The position numbers and the translations under genes are program-made. This document shows, piece by piece, positions 31,174 through 40,409 of a DNA stretch of 57,212 nt. Every line of letters begins with the position of its first letter. Positions within the stretch are counted from its first letter, which is position 1. The notes under the pieces were generated by a model, which searched no databases, had not been told where the DNA came from, and saw only the letters and a program-made list of their open reading frames with translations. Source of the DNA: an uncultured Gammaproteobacteria bacterium (GTDB taxonomy: Bacteria > Pseudomonadota > Gammaproteobacteria > GCA-001735895); NCBI GenBank assembly GCA_937894085.1, contig CALCSG010000157.1, positions 1 to 57,212 of the forward strand, written 5' to 3'.

Positions 31174-32193
31174 TTAGAACTTAACGCGCATGCCTGCACC
31201 GATTTGAGTGACATCTTTGTTCGCGCCGACTATACCTTCATCAATCATTACAACACCACCGTGCCAGGAAACCTGCTTGCTCAGGGCTTTTTTGTAGCCT
31301 AAAGAAACATAGGTACCATCATTTTCAGCTGTTGAATTATCTGTACTCTGACCAAAAGCGATAGCAGCTGATGCTCCTTCACCCAGTTCTTTAACAAAGT
31401 TTACATACAGGTGATCTTGTTCAACGGGCATATCTTCATTTTCAGTTTCAAATTGACCTGCAACGCTCATGCCATCGCCTTTCCATTTCAAACCAATCTT
31501 GGTTGCTGTACCGGATTTGTTGGTTCCAGAATCTTCAGATTCAGTCAGTAAGCCAAAGGCTAGCTCCAGGTTACTACCAATCGGTGCATTTACGCCCAGG
31601 TGAAAACCATGGCTACCATCACGTTCGCCAGCTGTATCATCGCTAGATTCGTCAAAATTGACGCCTACAACGACCTTAGTACCACCAAATGTGTTGGCAT
31701 AAGCCAGAACATTCTGGCCGTAACTGTTATATAATCCACCAGTTTTAGACATACCGTTATTGCCACGAGCCTGCAGGAAAGTTGCCAGGAAAGGATCCCA
31801 GCTGGCAGTGGTTGATTTATAAGGCGTATTCATTGTGCCTGCTAACACTGTACCGAAATCACCTTTTAAACCGATAAACTGGTCACGATCTTTTAAAGTG
31901 TTCTGTTCTCCTGGATTAGCTAGATCATCACTGAAAAAGTTAAAGTTAACTTTATACAGGGCAGTCATGCCATTACCGAGGTCATGAGAACCAGTAACAC
32001 CGATCATGGAAGCATTACCTGAACCAACTACGCCTGACTCACTTGAATCATCAAGTGTCAGACCTTCAGTCGCATCACCCGAAGTGCTAACCAGTTCAAG
32101 TTGTGCCTGTCCGATGATTTTTACTTCTGCAGCAGCGATTGATGGAACAGCCAGTGCCGCAGTGATAGCGATTGCGATTAAATTTTTATTCAT
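31174..32193 (-). CDS. Gram-negative trimeric porin (Neisseria/Beta-type)
   Basis: MNKNLIAIA signal, G..DLGNGMTA, RDQFIGLKGDFGTV..G and C-terminal aromatic strand GMRVKF. Confidence 0.9.
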   Translation of the reverse strand: MNKNLIAIAITAALAVPSIAAAEVKIIGQAQLELVSTSGDATEGLTLDDSSESGVVGSGNASMIGVTGSHDLGNGMTALYKVNFNFFSDDLANPGEQNTLKDRDQFIGLKGDFGTVLAGTMNTPYKSTTASWDPFLATFLQARGNNGMSKTGGLYNSYGQNVLAYANTFGGTKVVVGVNFDESSDDTAGERDGSHGFHLGVNAPIGSNLELAFGLLTESEDSGTNKSGTATKIGLKWKGDGMSVAGQFETENEDMPVEQDHLYVNFVKELGEGASAAIAFGQSTDNSTAENDGTYVSLGYKKALSKQVSWHGGVVMIDEGIVGANKDVTQIGAGMRVKF

Positions 32194-32460
32194 ATAATTC
32201 TCCTCAAGAAGTTTAATATTTTATTAAATTTTTAATATTTTTTTAGATGTTGATGTTTTTCCGCCACGAATATTAATCATATATTCATATAATTGCAAAA
32301 TTTATTTGCGCAAAAAAGACAGTTTTAAATTTAAGAACTATAAAAATTAATCTATGTTGTTAATATATGATTTATTGATCGACTATTTGTTGTTTTGTTG
32401 ATAGCTTCAAGGCTAATTTGCTTCACTAAAAAGACTTTAAATATTCTGATAATTCTATCT

Positions 32461-32946
32461 ATGACTGATTCTATTGGACCAACATTAAGAAAATACTGGA
32501 CCTATTTATCAGATAAACCATTTGGCAAATGGATTTTCAGTAGAGCAATTGGGTTTATGGCACCTTATTCGGGTTCTATTTCTGCCAGAGTGATTCATCT
32601 TGGACCCGGGATGGGGATTGTCAGGCTGAAGGAACATCGTAATGTTCGAAACCATCTGAATTCGGTACATGCCATAGCGCTGGTAAACCTGGCCGAAATG
32701 GTAACCGGGCTAACCTTAATGAATAGTTTGCCGGATAACACACGGGGTATTCTGACGGGAATTAAAATGGATTATATAAAAAAAGCTCGTGGTTTAGTCA
32801 CCGCGAAATGTATATGCGATATTCCGCAAACGAATGAGTCGATTGAGTTAGAAATTACTGGTGAAATAGCAAATGAACAGGGCGAAGTGGTAGCACGGGC
32901 TGTTGCGACCTGGCTAATCGGGCCAGAGAAAGAAAGATCCCGCTAA
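32461..32946 (+). CDS. Hotdog-fold thioesterase-like protein (DUF4442/PaaI)
   Basis: APY.GSI, VRNHLNSVHAIAL.NLAE and YIKKARG motifs; start moved to ATG 32461. Confidence 0.85.
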   Translation: MTDSIGPTLRKYWTYLSDKPFGKWIFSRAIGFMAPYSGSISARVIHLGPGMGIVRLKEHRNVRNHLNSVHAIALVNLAEMVTGLTLMNSLPDNTRGILTGIKMDYIKKARGLVTAKCICDIPQTNESIELEITGEIANEQGEVVARAVATWLIGPEKERSR

Positions 32947-32951
32947 ACTGC

Positions 32952-33275
32952 TCAGGATATTTTATTGTTTAACAGCCGGATGATTTCGGCATAAGCTTTA
33001 TCCATGTGTTTATCAAGAATCATACGGATTTCTTCATCAATAATTAATTCCTGAACACTAGGGTCTTTTTCATCGACAATATCATCTTCAAAGTCTTCTG
33101 CAAGCTCATCTATTGCGATGTCATGATCTTTTTTTAGATCAATATCATGATCGTCCTGTTCGATTTCAAAATCAGTATTTTCATCAAGAGAATGAACGGG
33201 TTGATTTCCCTCGTTTTCGATATGTCCTTTAAATAAAAGATCCCGCAATACGGGGATTTGTGAATCGTTGTTCAT
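32952..33275 (-). CDS. Acidic hypothetical protein downstream of holC
   Basis: Start overlaps the holC stop (ATGA); IPVL.D N-terminal motif, acidic linker, C-terminal helix. Confidence 0.7.
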   Translation of the reverse strand: MNNDSQIPVLRDLLFKGHIENEGNQPVHSLDENTDFEIEQDDHDIDLKKDHDIAIDELAEDFEDDIVDEKDPSVQELIIDEEIRMILDKHMDKAYAEIIRLLNNKIS

Positions 33276-33685
33276 AGTTTGTGATGCTTCAGTTCATATC
33301 CACGGTCTTTATAATAACTGTAATGTGAACGTGCAAGTTCTTTATTATCTTCAGCCACCAGTTCTATGACGCGTTCGAACTGTGCAAAGTATAACGGGAT
33401 CTCATTGCTTAAATTGATCAGCAATTGTCTCTCGCCGCGCGGGTCAGCCTGGTGGTTGATAAGAATGGGGGTTAGTAACCCTGGTTGCTCCTGCTGGTCA
33501 TGTGGCAGGAAGCTCTCTTCTTCGCTGGTCCACAACATTCTATCCAGTTTATCGGTTTGTTGCTGGTTAGCTGTCAGTAACAGCACGCTTTGTTTACTTT
33601 GGTAAGCTTTATGGCACAATTTACAGACCAGTCCGTCACTGTTGTGACTTGACGAGGTTAAATCATAAAAGTCGATCCGTGTCAT
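33272..33685 (-). CDS. holC: DNA polymerase III chi subunit
   Basis: TRIDFY, LD..LW....SFLPH, FERVIE and AR..Y..YK..GY motifs. Confidence 0.95.
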   Translation of the reverse strand: MTRIDFYDLTSSSHNSDGLVCKLCHKAYQSKQSVLLLTANQQQTDKLDRMLWTSEEESFLPHDQQEQPGLLTPILINHQADPRGERQLLINLSNEIPLYFAQFERVIELVAEDNKELARSHYSYYKDRGYELKHHKL

Positions 33686-33701
33686 AAAGCCTTATCGGAA
33701 T

Positions 33702-35198
33702 TTATTTTTCTACAAGACGATCCAGAATGTACTGTGTTAATAGTGGCACAGGTCTGCCTGTGGCGCCTTTGTTATCACCTGTCACCCAGGCGGTGCCGGC
33801 AATATCAAGATGAGCCCATTTATATTTCCTGGTAAACCTGGACAGAAAACAGGCCGCTGTGATAGCACCTGCATCACGTCCGCCAATATTGGCGATATCG
33901 GCAAAATTACTTTTTAATTGATCCTGGTATTCATCCCACAATGGCAATTCCCAGACCTTATCTTCAACCTGCTTTCCTGAGCTGATTAAATCGTTCACTA
34001 ATGGACTGTGGTTACCTAATACTGCTGAAGGGGTTCTTCCAAGAGCGATGATACAGGCCCCTGTCAGGGTAGCAATATCGATGACAACATCGGGGTCAAA
34101 CTTTTCGGCATAGGTTAATGCGTCGCAAAGTATCAGTCGACCTTCAGCATCGGTATTTAAAATTTCAATGGTGAGTCCGGACATGCTGGTAACAATATCC
34201 CCGGGTTTTGTTGCGAGTCCGTCAGGTAGATTTTCCGTGGCAGGAATAATGCCTACCACATTGATTGGTAGTTGCATCTCTGCGACAGCAGATAAAGTAC
34301 CCAGAACTGAGGCTGCACCACACATGTCATATTTCATTTCATCCATAGCCAGACCTGGTTTCAGAGATATTCCACCAGAATCGAAAGTGACACCTTTGCC
34401 AACCAGTACAACAGGTTTTTGATCGGAAGGGCCGCCATGATATTCAAGTGAAATAAGTTTGGCGGGCTGTTGACTGCCGGCAGTTACTGATAGCAGTGAA
34501 CCCATCGCCAGTTTTTTCATATCCTTTTCTTCAAGAATTTCAACAACAATAGTTGGAAATGTTTTTTGCAGTCGTTTGGCCTGTTCCGCAAGATAGGTCG
34601 GGGTACAGATGTTGCCAGGTAAATTACCCAGGTCTTTAGCCAGGCTAACTCCTGAACTTATGGCATTACCCTGTTGAATGGCCTGTTCACCGATGCTTAA
34701 TTCTCTTCGGCTCGGTACATTCATAACCAGTTTGCGAATGCTTTTTGGAGTTTCGCTTTTCTTGCTCTTGAGTTGCTCACAGTGGTAACGATTTTTTTCC
34801 ATCTGCATCACTGTCTGGCTTATCTTCCACTGGATATCACGACCTTTAATATTAATATCGGTAAGATAGGAATAAGCTTCCATGGCACCCAGATTGTCCA
34901 GTGCACTAGATACACTATCGAGTATTTTTAAATAAGTTTTTTCATTTAAATCTTTATCTTTGCCACAGCCAACCAGTAACACACGATCAGATAGAGTTCC
35001 TGATACATTGTGTAAAACAAGGGTTTGGCCTAATTTCCCATCCATATCTCCACGGCGGATAATGGTGGAAAGAAAACCGTCACTCATTTTATCAATGAGT
35101 CGACCGGCTCGTGATAATTTACGTGGTTGTGAAACACCTATAATCAAACAGGCTGTTCTTTGTTTTTCTGGATTACCGCTTTTTACATTAAATTCCAT
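33702..35198 (-). CDS. pepA: Leucyl aminopeptidase PepA
   Basis: GKGVTFDSGGISLK, MKYDM.G, NTDAEGRL and WAHLDIAG motifs. Confidence 0.98.
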   Translation of the reverse strand: MEFNVKSGNPEKQRTACLIIGVSQPRKLSRAGRLIDKMSDGFLSTIIRRGDMDGKLGQTLVLHNVSGTLSDRVLLVGCGKDKDLNEKTYLKILDSVSSALDNLGAMEAYSYLTDINIKGRDIQWKISQTVMQMEKNRYHCEQLKSKKSETPKSIRKLVMNVPSRRELSIGEQAIQQGNAISSGVSLAKDLGNLPGNICTPTYLAEQAKRLQKTFPTIVVEILEEKDMKKLAMGSLLSVTAGSQQPAKLISLEYHGGPSDQKPVVLVGKGVTFDSGGISLKPGLAMDEMKYDMCGAASVLGTLSAVAEMQLPINVVGIIPATENLPDGLATKPGDIVTSMSGLTIEILNTDAEGRLILCDALTYAEKFDPDVVIDIATLTGACIIALGRTPSAVLGNHSPLVNDLISSGKQVEDKVWELPLWDEYQDQLKSNFADIANIGGRDAGAITAACFLSRFTRKYKWAHLDIAGTAWVTGDNKGATGRPVPLLTQYILDRLVEK

Positions 35199-35449
35199 AG
35201 ATACTGACCCTATGATTAATAATTGGAAAGCCCTGATGACACAGGCTTTTCAGCTTGGCTTTGGCAGGGCTTTCGAGTGTGTCTGTTGAACCCGAAAAGA
35301 ATCGTTTATCGAATCTTCGGGAAATTAACCGTTATAATGGTATAAGTTAGCTTAAGTTGCAAATTACAACTCGTTTGTTTTTGTCATATTTGTGTCAAAA
35401 TGCTCCGATGTTAATAGTTTGCACAAATTCAGGTCTTTAAAATTCATAG

Positions 35450-36544
35450 ATGTTTAGCATAGTTCAACGTTATCTCATTCTCGAAATTCTGAAAAGTAGC
35501 TCTGCGACTATCTTTATTTTGTTCATCATTTTAATGAGTAATACTCTGGGAAGCGTGTTATCTGAAGTTTCTGATGGAGAGATACCCATCGAAGCGCTGT
35601 TCCCCGTTTTTTTAGGGCAGTCCGTCCAGGTTTTAACTTTTTTATTTCCCTTTGGTTTTTTCCTGGGTGTTGTGTTTGCTTTTGGTCGTTTGTATAAAGA
35701 CTATGAATTAGTCGTATTACATGCCTGTGGTTTGGGCTATAAACAGCTGTACAGTTCTGTTTTACTGATTATGCTTCCCGCCGTGATCATTACTGGCTGG
35801 TTTAGTCTCTGGCTGAGTGCAGATGCATTGCAACGGGCAAAAGATATCGTCGATGAAAAGAAAGATATACATCAATTTCAATCTCTCAAAGTTGGGCAGT
35901 TCAATTTAAGCAAAGATAAAAATCATGTTTTTTTCATGCAATCTATATCGGACGATAAACTGGTAATAGAAGATATTATTATTACTCAGAAAGGCAAAGA
36001 CTCAAATGTTCTGGAAACGGCAAAGCACGGAAAAAATAAAATTGATGAAAAAACCGGAGACCTTTTTCTGGAGGTAGGTCCGGGGACTCGTTATGAAGGC
36101 AAGGCCGGTAGTGTCAATTATAAAATTATAGAATTTGATAAACATGGCATTCTGTTGAAAAAAAATCAAACCAGAGTAGCAGCATTGAAACCGCCGGAAA
36201 AGTATTTATACCAGTTGAAAAGTTCAAACAGTAAAAAGGACAAGGTTGAATATCTATGGCGTATAACTATACCGGTTGTTTTAGTTATTCTGGGTTTATT
36301 GGCGGTTCCGCTATCTTACATATCGCCTCGTCAGGGTCGTTACGGAAGAATTGGCCTTGCTTTACTAGTTTTTATTATTTATCTAAATCTTCTCGGGTTT
36401 AGTAGAGGAGCGATAGAGCGTGGCAGTATTCCGATGTGGCTGAACTTCTGGTGGGTACATTGTCTGTTTATCCTGTTAACTTTGGTGCTGTTAAAGAAAC
36501 GCACAAAATTTACGCTTAGTTTTTGGCGCGGAGATAAGCGGTGA
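35450..36544 (+). CDS. lptF: LPS export ABC permease LptF
   Basis: Divergent from pepA; GRLY.D.E..V..ACG and SPRQGRY motifs; 6-TM layout. Confidence 0.93.
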   Translation: MFSIVQRYLILEILKSSSATIFILFIILMSNTLGSVLSEVSDGEIPIEALFPVFLGQSVQVLTFLFPFGFFLGVVFAFGRLYKDYELVVLHACGLGYKQLYSSVLLIMLPAVIITGWFSLWLSADALQRAKDIVDEKKDIHQFQSLKVGQFNLSKDKNHVFFMQSISDDKLVIEDIIITQKGKDSNVLETAKHGKNKIDEKTGDLFLEVGPGTRYEGKAGSVNYKIIEFDKHGILLKKNQTRVAALKPPEKYLYQLKSSNSKKDKVEYLWRITIPVVLVILGLLAVPLSYISPRQGRYGRIGLALLVFIIYLNLLGFSRGAIERGSIPMWLNFWWVHCLFILLTLVLLKKRTKFTLSFWRGDKR

Positions 36545-37605
36545 TTTTTACCCGTTACCTGGCGATAAATATTGTTAAGGGCACGGCACTGGTATTAATG
36601 ATACTGGTCAGCCTGAGTTTATTTTTTATGCTGATTCAGCAGGTTGATCAAGTGGGTAAAGGTCAATTTGGTCCATGGCAGTTTACTCAATATTTATTGT
36701 TAAAAGCTCCCGCCATGATTGTTGACTTTATGCCACTGGCCACCTTGCTGGGTAGTATATTGAGCCTCGGTGGCCTCGCTTCTAATAGTGAATTGATTGC
36801 GTTTCAATCGTCAGGCATACCAGTAAAAAAATTTATACTGGCAGTTTCTCAGACAGCTTTTATTCTGGCTTTAATCTCATTTGTTATTGGCGACTTTGTG
36901 GTGCCTTATAGCGAAACGACTGCAACAGAAATTAAAGCGTCCAGAGTTGCTTCGCGGGTCAGTATGCAATCAAGAAGTGGGGTGTGGATTAAGGATAAAA
37001 ATAATATTATTTTTATCCAGCAGTTATTTCCCAACGGTAATGCACAGAATATAGAAATATATCATCTGGATAATCAGGACAAACTTTTATACACAATTTT
37101 AGCTCGCAAGGCGGTATCTTCTGAACAGGGATGGATGTTACAGCAGGTTCAAAAATCTTTGTTATCAGGAAATAAAATTGTCACTGAGCAGAAAAAACAG
37201 GAGCTTTATGAAGGTAGCCTTTCTGATCAATTGCTACAGTCTCTGGTAGTGGATCCAAGGCAAATGTCGAGTTCAAATTTGCACACTTATGTTCAGTTTC
37301 TGGACGAAAATAAACTAAATCATTCTGCCGAGTCACTTTCTTTCTGGCGGAAAATATATTCGCCATTGACGGTTATGGTGATGGCCATCCTGGCAATACC
37401 ATTTGTGTTAGGCTCACAGCGTAGCAGTAATACCGGTCAGAGAATTATTACCGGGATTTTGTTAGGGCTGGTTTTTGTTATTCTGGATAATGTATTAATA
37501 CAGTTAGGTGAACAGATGAATTTAGTGGCTTTTGTGAACGCGCTGATTCCAACTTTACTGTTTATTCTGTTTACGGCGTATTTAATTTATCGCAAGATCA
37601 GTTAA
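36541..37605 (+). CDS. lptG: LPS export ABC permease LptG
   Basis: LA.NSEL.A..SSG, GVWIKD and PFVLGS.RS motifs; follows lptF. Confidence 0.93.
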   Translation: MIFTRYLAINIVKGTALVLMILVSLSLFFMLIQQVDQVGKGQFGPWQFTQYLLLKAPAMIVDFMPLATLLGSILSLGGLASNSELIAFQSSGIPVKKFILAVSQTAFILALISFVIGDFVVPYSETTATEIKASRVASRVSMQSRSGVWIKDKNNIIFIQQLFPNGNAQNIEIYHLDNQDKLLYTILARKAVSSEQGWMLQQVQKSLLSGNKIVTEQKKQELYEGSLSDQLLQSLVVDPRQMSSSNLHTYVQFLDENKLNHSAESLSFWRKIYSPLTVMVMAILAIPFVLGSQRSSNTGQRIITGILLGLVFVILDNVLIQLGEQMNLVAFVNALIPTLLFILFTAYLIYRKIS

Positions 37606-37646
37606 AACTAAACATGAAATATTGAGTTATTAGCTGGCGATAAACG

Positions 37647-38162
37647 TTATTGATTTTTTTCAGCTGGAATTTTTGATACATCTATAATTTTAGTATTACT
37701 CAGTCGGTCATGCCAGGTATAAGCAGTAAATAGACGCCATATATAACTTGCTATGAAAAAAATCATAGCAATGATCGCTGCGATTTTGTCATCTTCTGTA
37801 AACTGAAAATAACGATTTAGTAAAAGAAAAAAAACTGGAGGTAGCGATGCAAAGGTTAGCCTCAGAAAGCATATTGACCAGGCCGGGTTAAGACCAAAAT
37901 CATTTATGATTCTTATTTTCCAAACTTTCATGCCTAAAGTCTGGCCTGATTTATTCCAGAACCAACTGTAAAAAATAAAAATTAAAAGGAGTAGATAAAT
38001 AGAATAAAAAACCCCACCGACTGCTTCTCCCTGATTAAATGGTAACAATATGGCGGTACCAATAAATAGAATGGAGATAATTAAAAAGCTGTCATAAATC
38101 ATCGCAATGATTTGTTTTAACAGGCTTGCGGGTGGGCATTTAAGTAATAATTTGTTATTCAT
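37647..38162 (-). CDS. RDD family membrane protein
   Basis: A.IYD, GQTLGMKVWKIRI and WHDRLS.T motifs; start set at ATG 38162. Confidence 0.88.
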   Translation of the reverse strand: MNNKLLLKCPPASLLKQIIAMIYDSFLIISILFIGTAILLPFNQGEAVGGVFYSIYLLLLIFIFYSWFWNKSGQTLGMKVWKIRIINDFGLNPAWSICFLRLTFASLPPVFFLLLNRYFQFTEDDKIAAIIAMIFFIASYIWRLFTAYTWHDRLSNTKIIDVSKIPAEKNQ

Positions 38163-38287
38163 GCAGAAAAAAACTAAAAAAAACAATCCATATAATAAAA
38201 AAGTTTGTCATAATCAACAATATATCATTGAAAAAATGAAATCTCTTTTTATAATCAAGTTACGTAAACCACCAATCGGGTACAAAA

Positions 38288-38827
38288 ATGGCTATTAAAA
38301 AATCTACTGTTAAATCTAAGAAAAGCGTTGTTACAAAAAAAACAGCAATGAAAAAAGCACCTGTAAAAAAAACGGGCCGTGGTAAACCTAAAGTAGCCGT
38401 TAAAAAAGCACCTGTGAAAAAAACGGTGGCCAAAAAAGCAGTTGCTAAAAAAACACCTGTGAAAAAGGCTGTCGCTAAAAAAACGCCAATGAAAAAAGCA
38501 GTTACTAAAAAGACAGTTACTAAAAAGGCAGCAGTTAAAAAGAGTATAGCGCGTGTTGCAAATCCAGCGGTAGAAAAAATTAAAACTTTAAGAGCTGAGC
38601 TGGCTGAAGTTAAAGCTGAATTGAAAGCGTCCAGGAAACGTGAAGCCGGATTATCTAAAATTACTGACAGCATGAGTTCTGCTATTGAGAAATCGGTTTC
38701 ACAAATGATGAAAACTCAAATGGCTAGCCTGGAAGCATCTCTTAAAGCGAAGCCTCGTAAAAAGAAAGCAAAAGTGGTTAAAGCAGTCGTTAGTAATGCA
38801 GTAGACAGTAACGCTGAGGTAAAGTAA
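38288..38827 (+). CDS. Histone H1-like (Hc2/AlgP-like) Lys/Ala-rich DNA-binding protein
   Basis: Tandem pentapeptides KK(A/T)(P/V)(V/A/T/M) followed by a coiled-coil segment. Confidence 0.75.
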   Translation: MAIKKSTVKSKKSVVTKKTAMKKAPVKKTGRGKPKVAVKKAPVKKTVAKKAVAKKTPVKKAVAKKTPMKKAVTKKTVTKKAAVKKSIARVANPAVEKIKTLRAELAEVKAELKASRKREAGLSKITDSMSSAIEKSVSQMMKTQMASLEASLKAKPRKKKAKVVKAVVSNAVDSNAEVK

Positions 38828-38882
38828 GGAATAGTTGATTCATCTGATCATGGTTGATCAAATTTAAAAACAAATTTCTAAG

Positions 38883-39290
38883 TGCTTTATTTTGCACCTG
38901 TGCTTACGCTGGAACGACTGCATGGACGCAGGGGGTAGAGCAATGCAGTAGCAATTGCTGAGGCCATGGACAGATAATTGCTCCTGCATTATCTGCATAT
39001 ACGCTGTCCATGGCGAAAATGGCAACGAGCAGTATTCCCAGGGAAGGCGCGTAAGCACTATAAAGCAGTAAGAATTATCTGTATATGATGGATGATCTGA
39101 TACGTGATATCCTAACCTCCTGCTTCCATGCAGTCGTACCGGTGGCATCCTGCCTGGTAAATTTCCAGTACTTTCTCTATCCCCGGCGGTCAAAGTAAAA
39201 ATACTGGGCTTATTGAAATGTTGCTTCTGTATTGCTCCTGACTTTGATAACTGCGTTGCTCTACTCCTGTTATATATGCAGTCGTATCTA
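38883..39290. repeat. Mosaic array of structured double-hairpin repeat units (BIME-like)
   Basis: Units at 38911-38959(+), 38973-39015(-), 39074-39087(-, fragment), 39115-39140(-), 39221-39237(-) and 39251-39286(-), with nested inverted repeats. Confidence 0.8.
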
Positions 39291-39347
39291 CGTTTAGTGG
39301 TTTACCAGTGCTATAGTCCTATACGCAATCAATGTTTATTTCTTGAA

Positions 39348-40253
39348 ATGAATAAAATAGATCAGTCCTTTAATCAGATAAATCAGTTCATTGATACAAT
39401 TTGGTCTGAAAAAGGACTTTCCAAATTGACGTTAGATGCTTATCAGCAGGATTTAAAATTATTTGCACTGTGGTTAGCAAAAAAAGATCAAATGCTAAAA
39501 GATGCTACCCCCGCATTAATTCTTGAGTACCTCGCTTTTAAGGTCGATCAAAAAAGCGCTTCACGTTCAAATGCCAGGCTTCTCTCTACCTTAAAACAAT
39601 TTTATCGATTTCAACTAAGAAGTGGACAACGAGCTGATAATCCTACAGCGTTAATCGAAGCACCAAAACTGAACAGGCATCTACCGGATAGTTTGAGTGA
39701 ATCGGACTGTGAAAAGCTGTTAAATTCACCTGATAGTCAAACTGAATATGGATTACGTGATCGATGTATGCTGGAACTAATGTACTCTTCCGGACTCAGG
39801 GTATCTGAGCTGGTTTCGCTCGAATTAAGTCAAGTGAATCATAATCTGGGATTGATTCGGCTTACCGGTAAAGGTAATAAAGAACGTGTCATACCGGTTG
39901 GGGAAGAAGCTTTATACTGGGTAAAAAAATATATAAAAGAATCTCGCCCTGTTCTATATAAAGAGCAGAGACCAACAGATGCTTTATTTCTTTCCAGCCG
40001 GGCAACGGCCATCACCCGTCAGGCATTCTGGCAGCATATTAAAAAATATTTAACCATTGCCGGTTTAAAAGACAGTTATTCACCGCATTCACTCAGGCAT
40101 GCTTTCGCGACACATTTACTAAACCATGGTGCGGATTTGCGCACAGTACAAATGTTATTAGGGCATAGTGATTTATCTACCACCCAGATTTATACACATG
40201 TAGCTCAGGCGCGTTTACAGGCAATGCATGAGAAGCATCACCCCAGAGGATAA
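39348..40253 (+). CDS. xerD: Site-specific tyrosine recombinase XerD
   Basis: LRDR.MLELMY.SGLRVSEL, GKGNKER, SPHSLRHAFATHLLNHGADLR, TTQIYTHV and HHPRG; start set at ATG 39348. Confidence 0.96.
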   Translation: MNKIDQSFNQINQFIDTIWSEKGLSKLTLDAYQQDLKLFALWLAKKDQMLKDATPALILEYLAFKVDQKSASRSNARLLSTLKQFYRFQLRSGQRADNPTALIEAPKLNRHLPDSLSESDCEKLLNSPDSQTEYGLRDRCMLELMYSSGLRVSELVSLELSQVNHNLGLIRLTGKGNKERVIPVGEEALYWVKKYIKESRPVLYKEQRPTDALFLSSRATAITRQAFWQHIKKYLTIAGLKDSYSPHSLRHAFATHLLNHGADLRTVQMLLGHSDLSTTQIYTHVAQARLQAMHEKHHPRG

Positions 40254-40255
40254 TT

Positions 40256-40401
40256 TTTCACCACGGAGTACACGAAGAGCACGAAGATAAATTATTTTAT
40301 GACGATAAGGTTTTCAGAGTGATAGCTATACTTCAGGTATCAGTTATCAGATAACCTTTTACCTGTCTTTCTTCGTGTACTTCGTGCCCTCTGTGGTGTA
40401 A
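40256..40401. repeat. Inverted-repeat element with CACGAAG 9-bp periodic arms
   Basis: 32-bp arms 40256-40287 and 40370-40401, 26/32 identical; nearly fills the spacer between convergent xerD and cnoX. Confidence 0.85.
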
Positions 40402-40409
40402 CTTGTTTT

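Noticed and set aside
35226-35321. Hairpins in the pepA/lptF spacer as a riboswitch
   Set aside because: Two stems are present but no recognisable riboswitch consensus
38260-38673. Hydrophobic antisense ORF opposite the histone-like gene
   Set aside because: Mirror of the Lys-rich AAA codon repeats; the other short overlapping ORFs within housekeeping genes were dismissed as shadows too
38864-39193. 109-aa minus-strand ORF
   Set aside because: Coincides with the palindromic repeat array; no recognisable protein features
38883-39290. CRISPR array or tRNA interpretation of the repeat array
   Set aside because: Units occur in mixed orientations with irregular spacing, there are no cas genes, and there is no T-loop/CCA or tRNA cloverleaf consensus
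39213-39347. Cys-rich N-terminal extension of xerD
   Set aside because: Runs through degenerate repeat units; XerD similarity starts near ATG 39348
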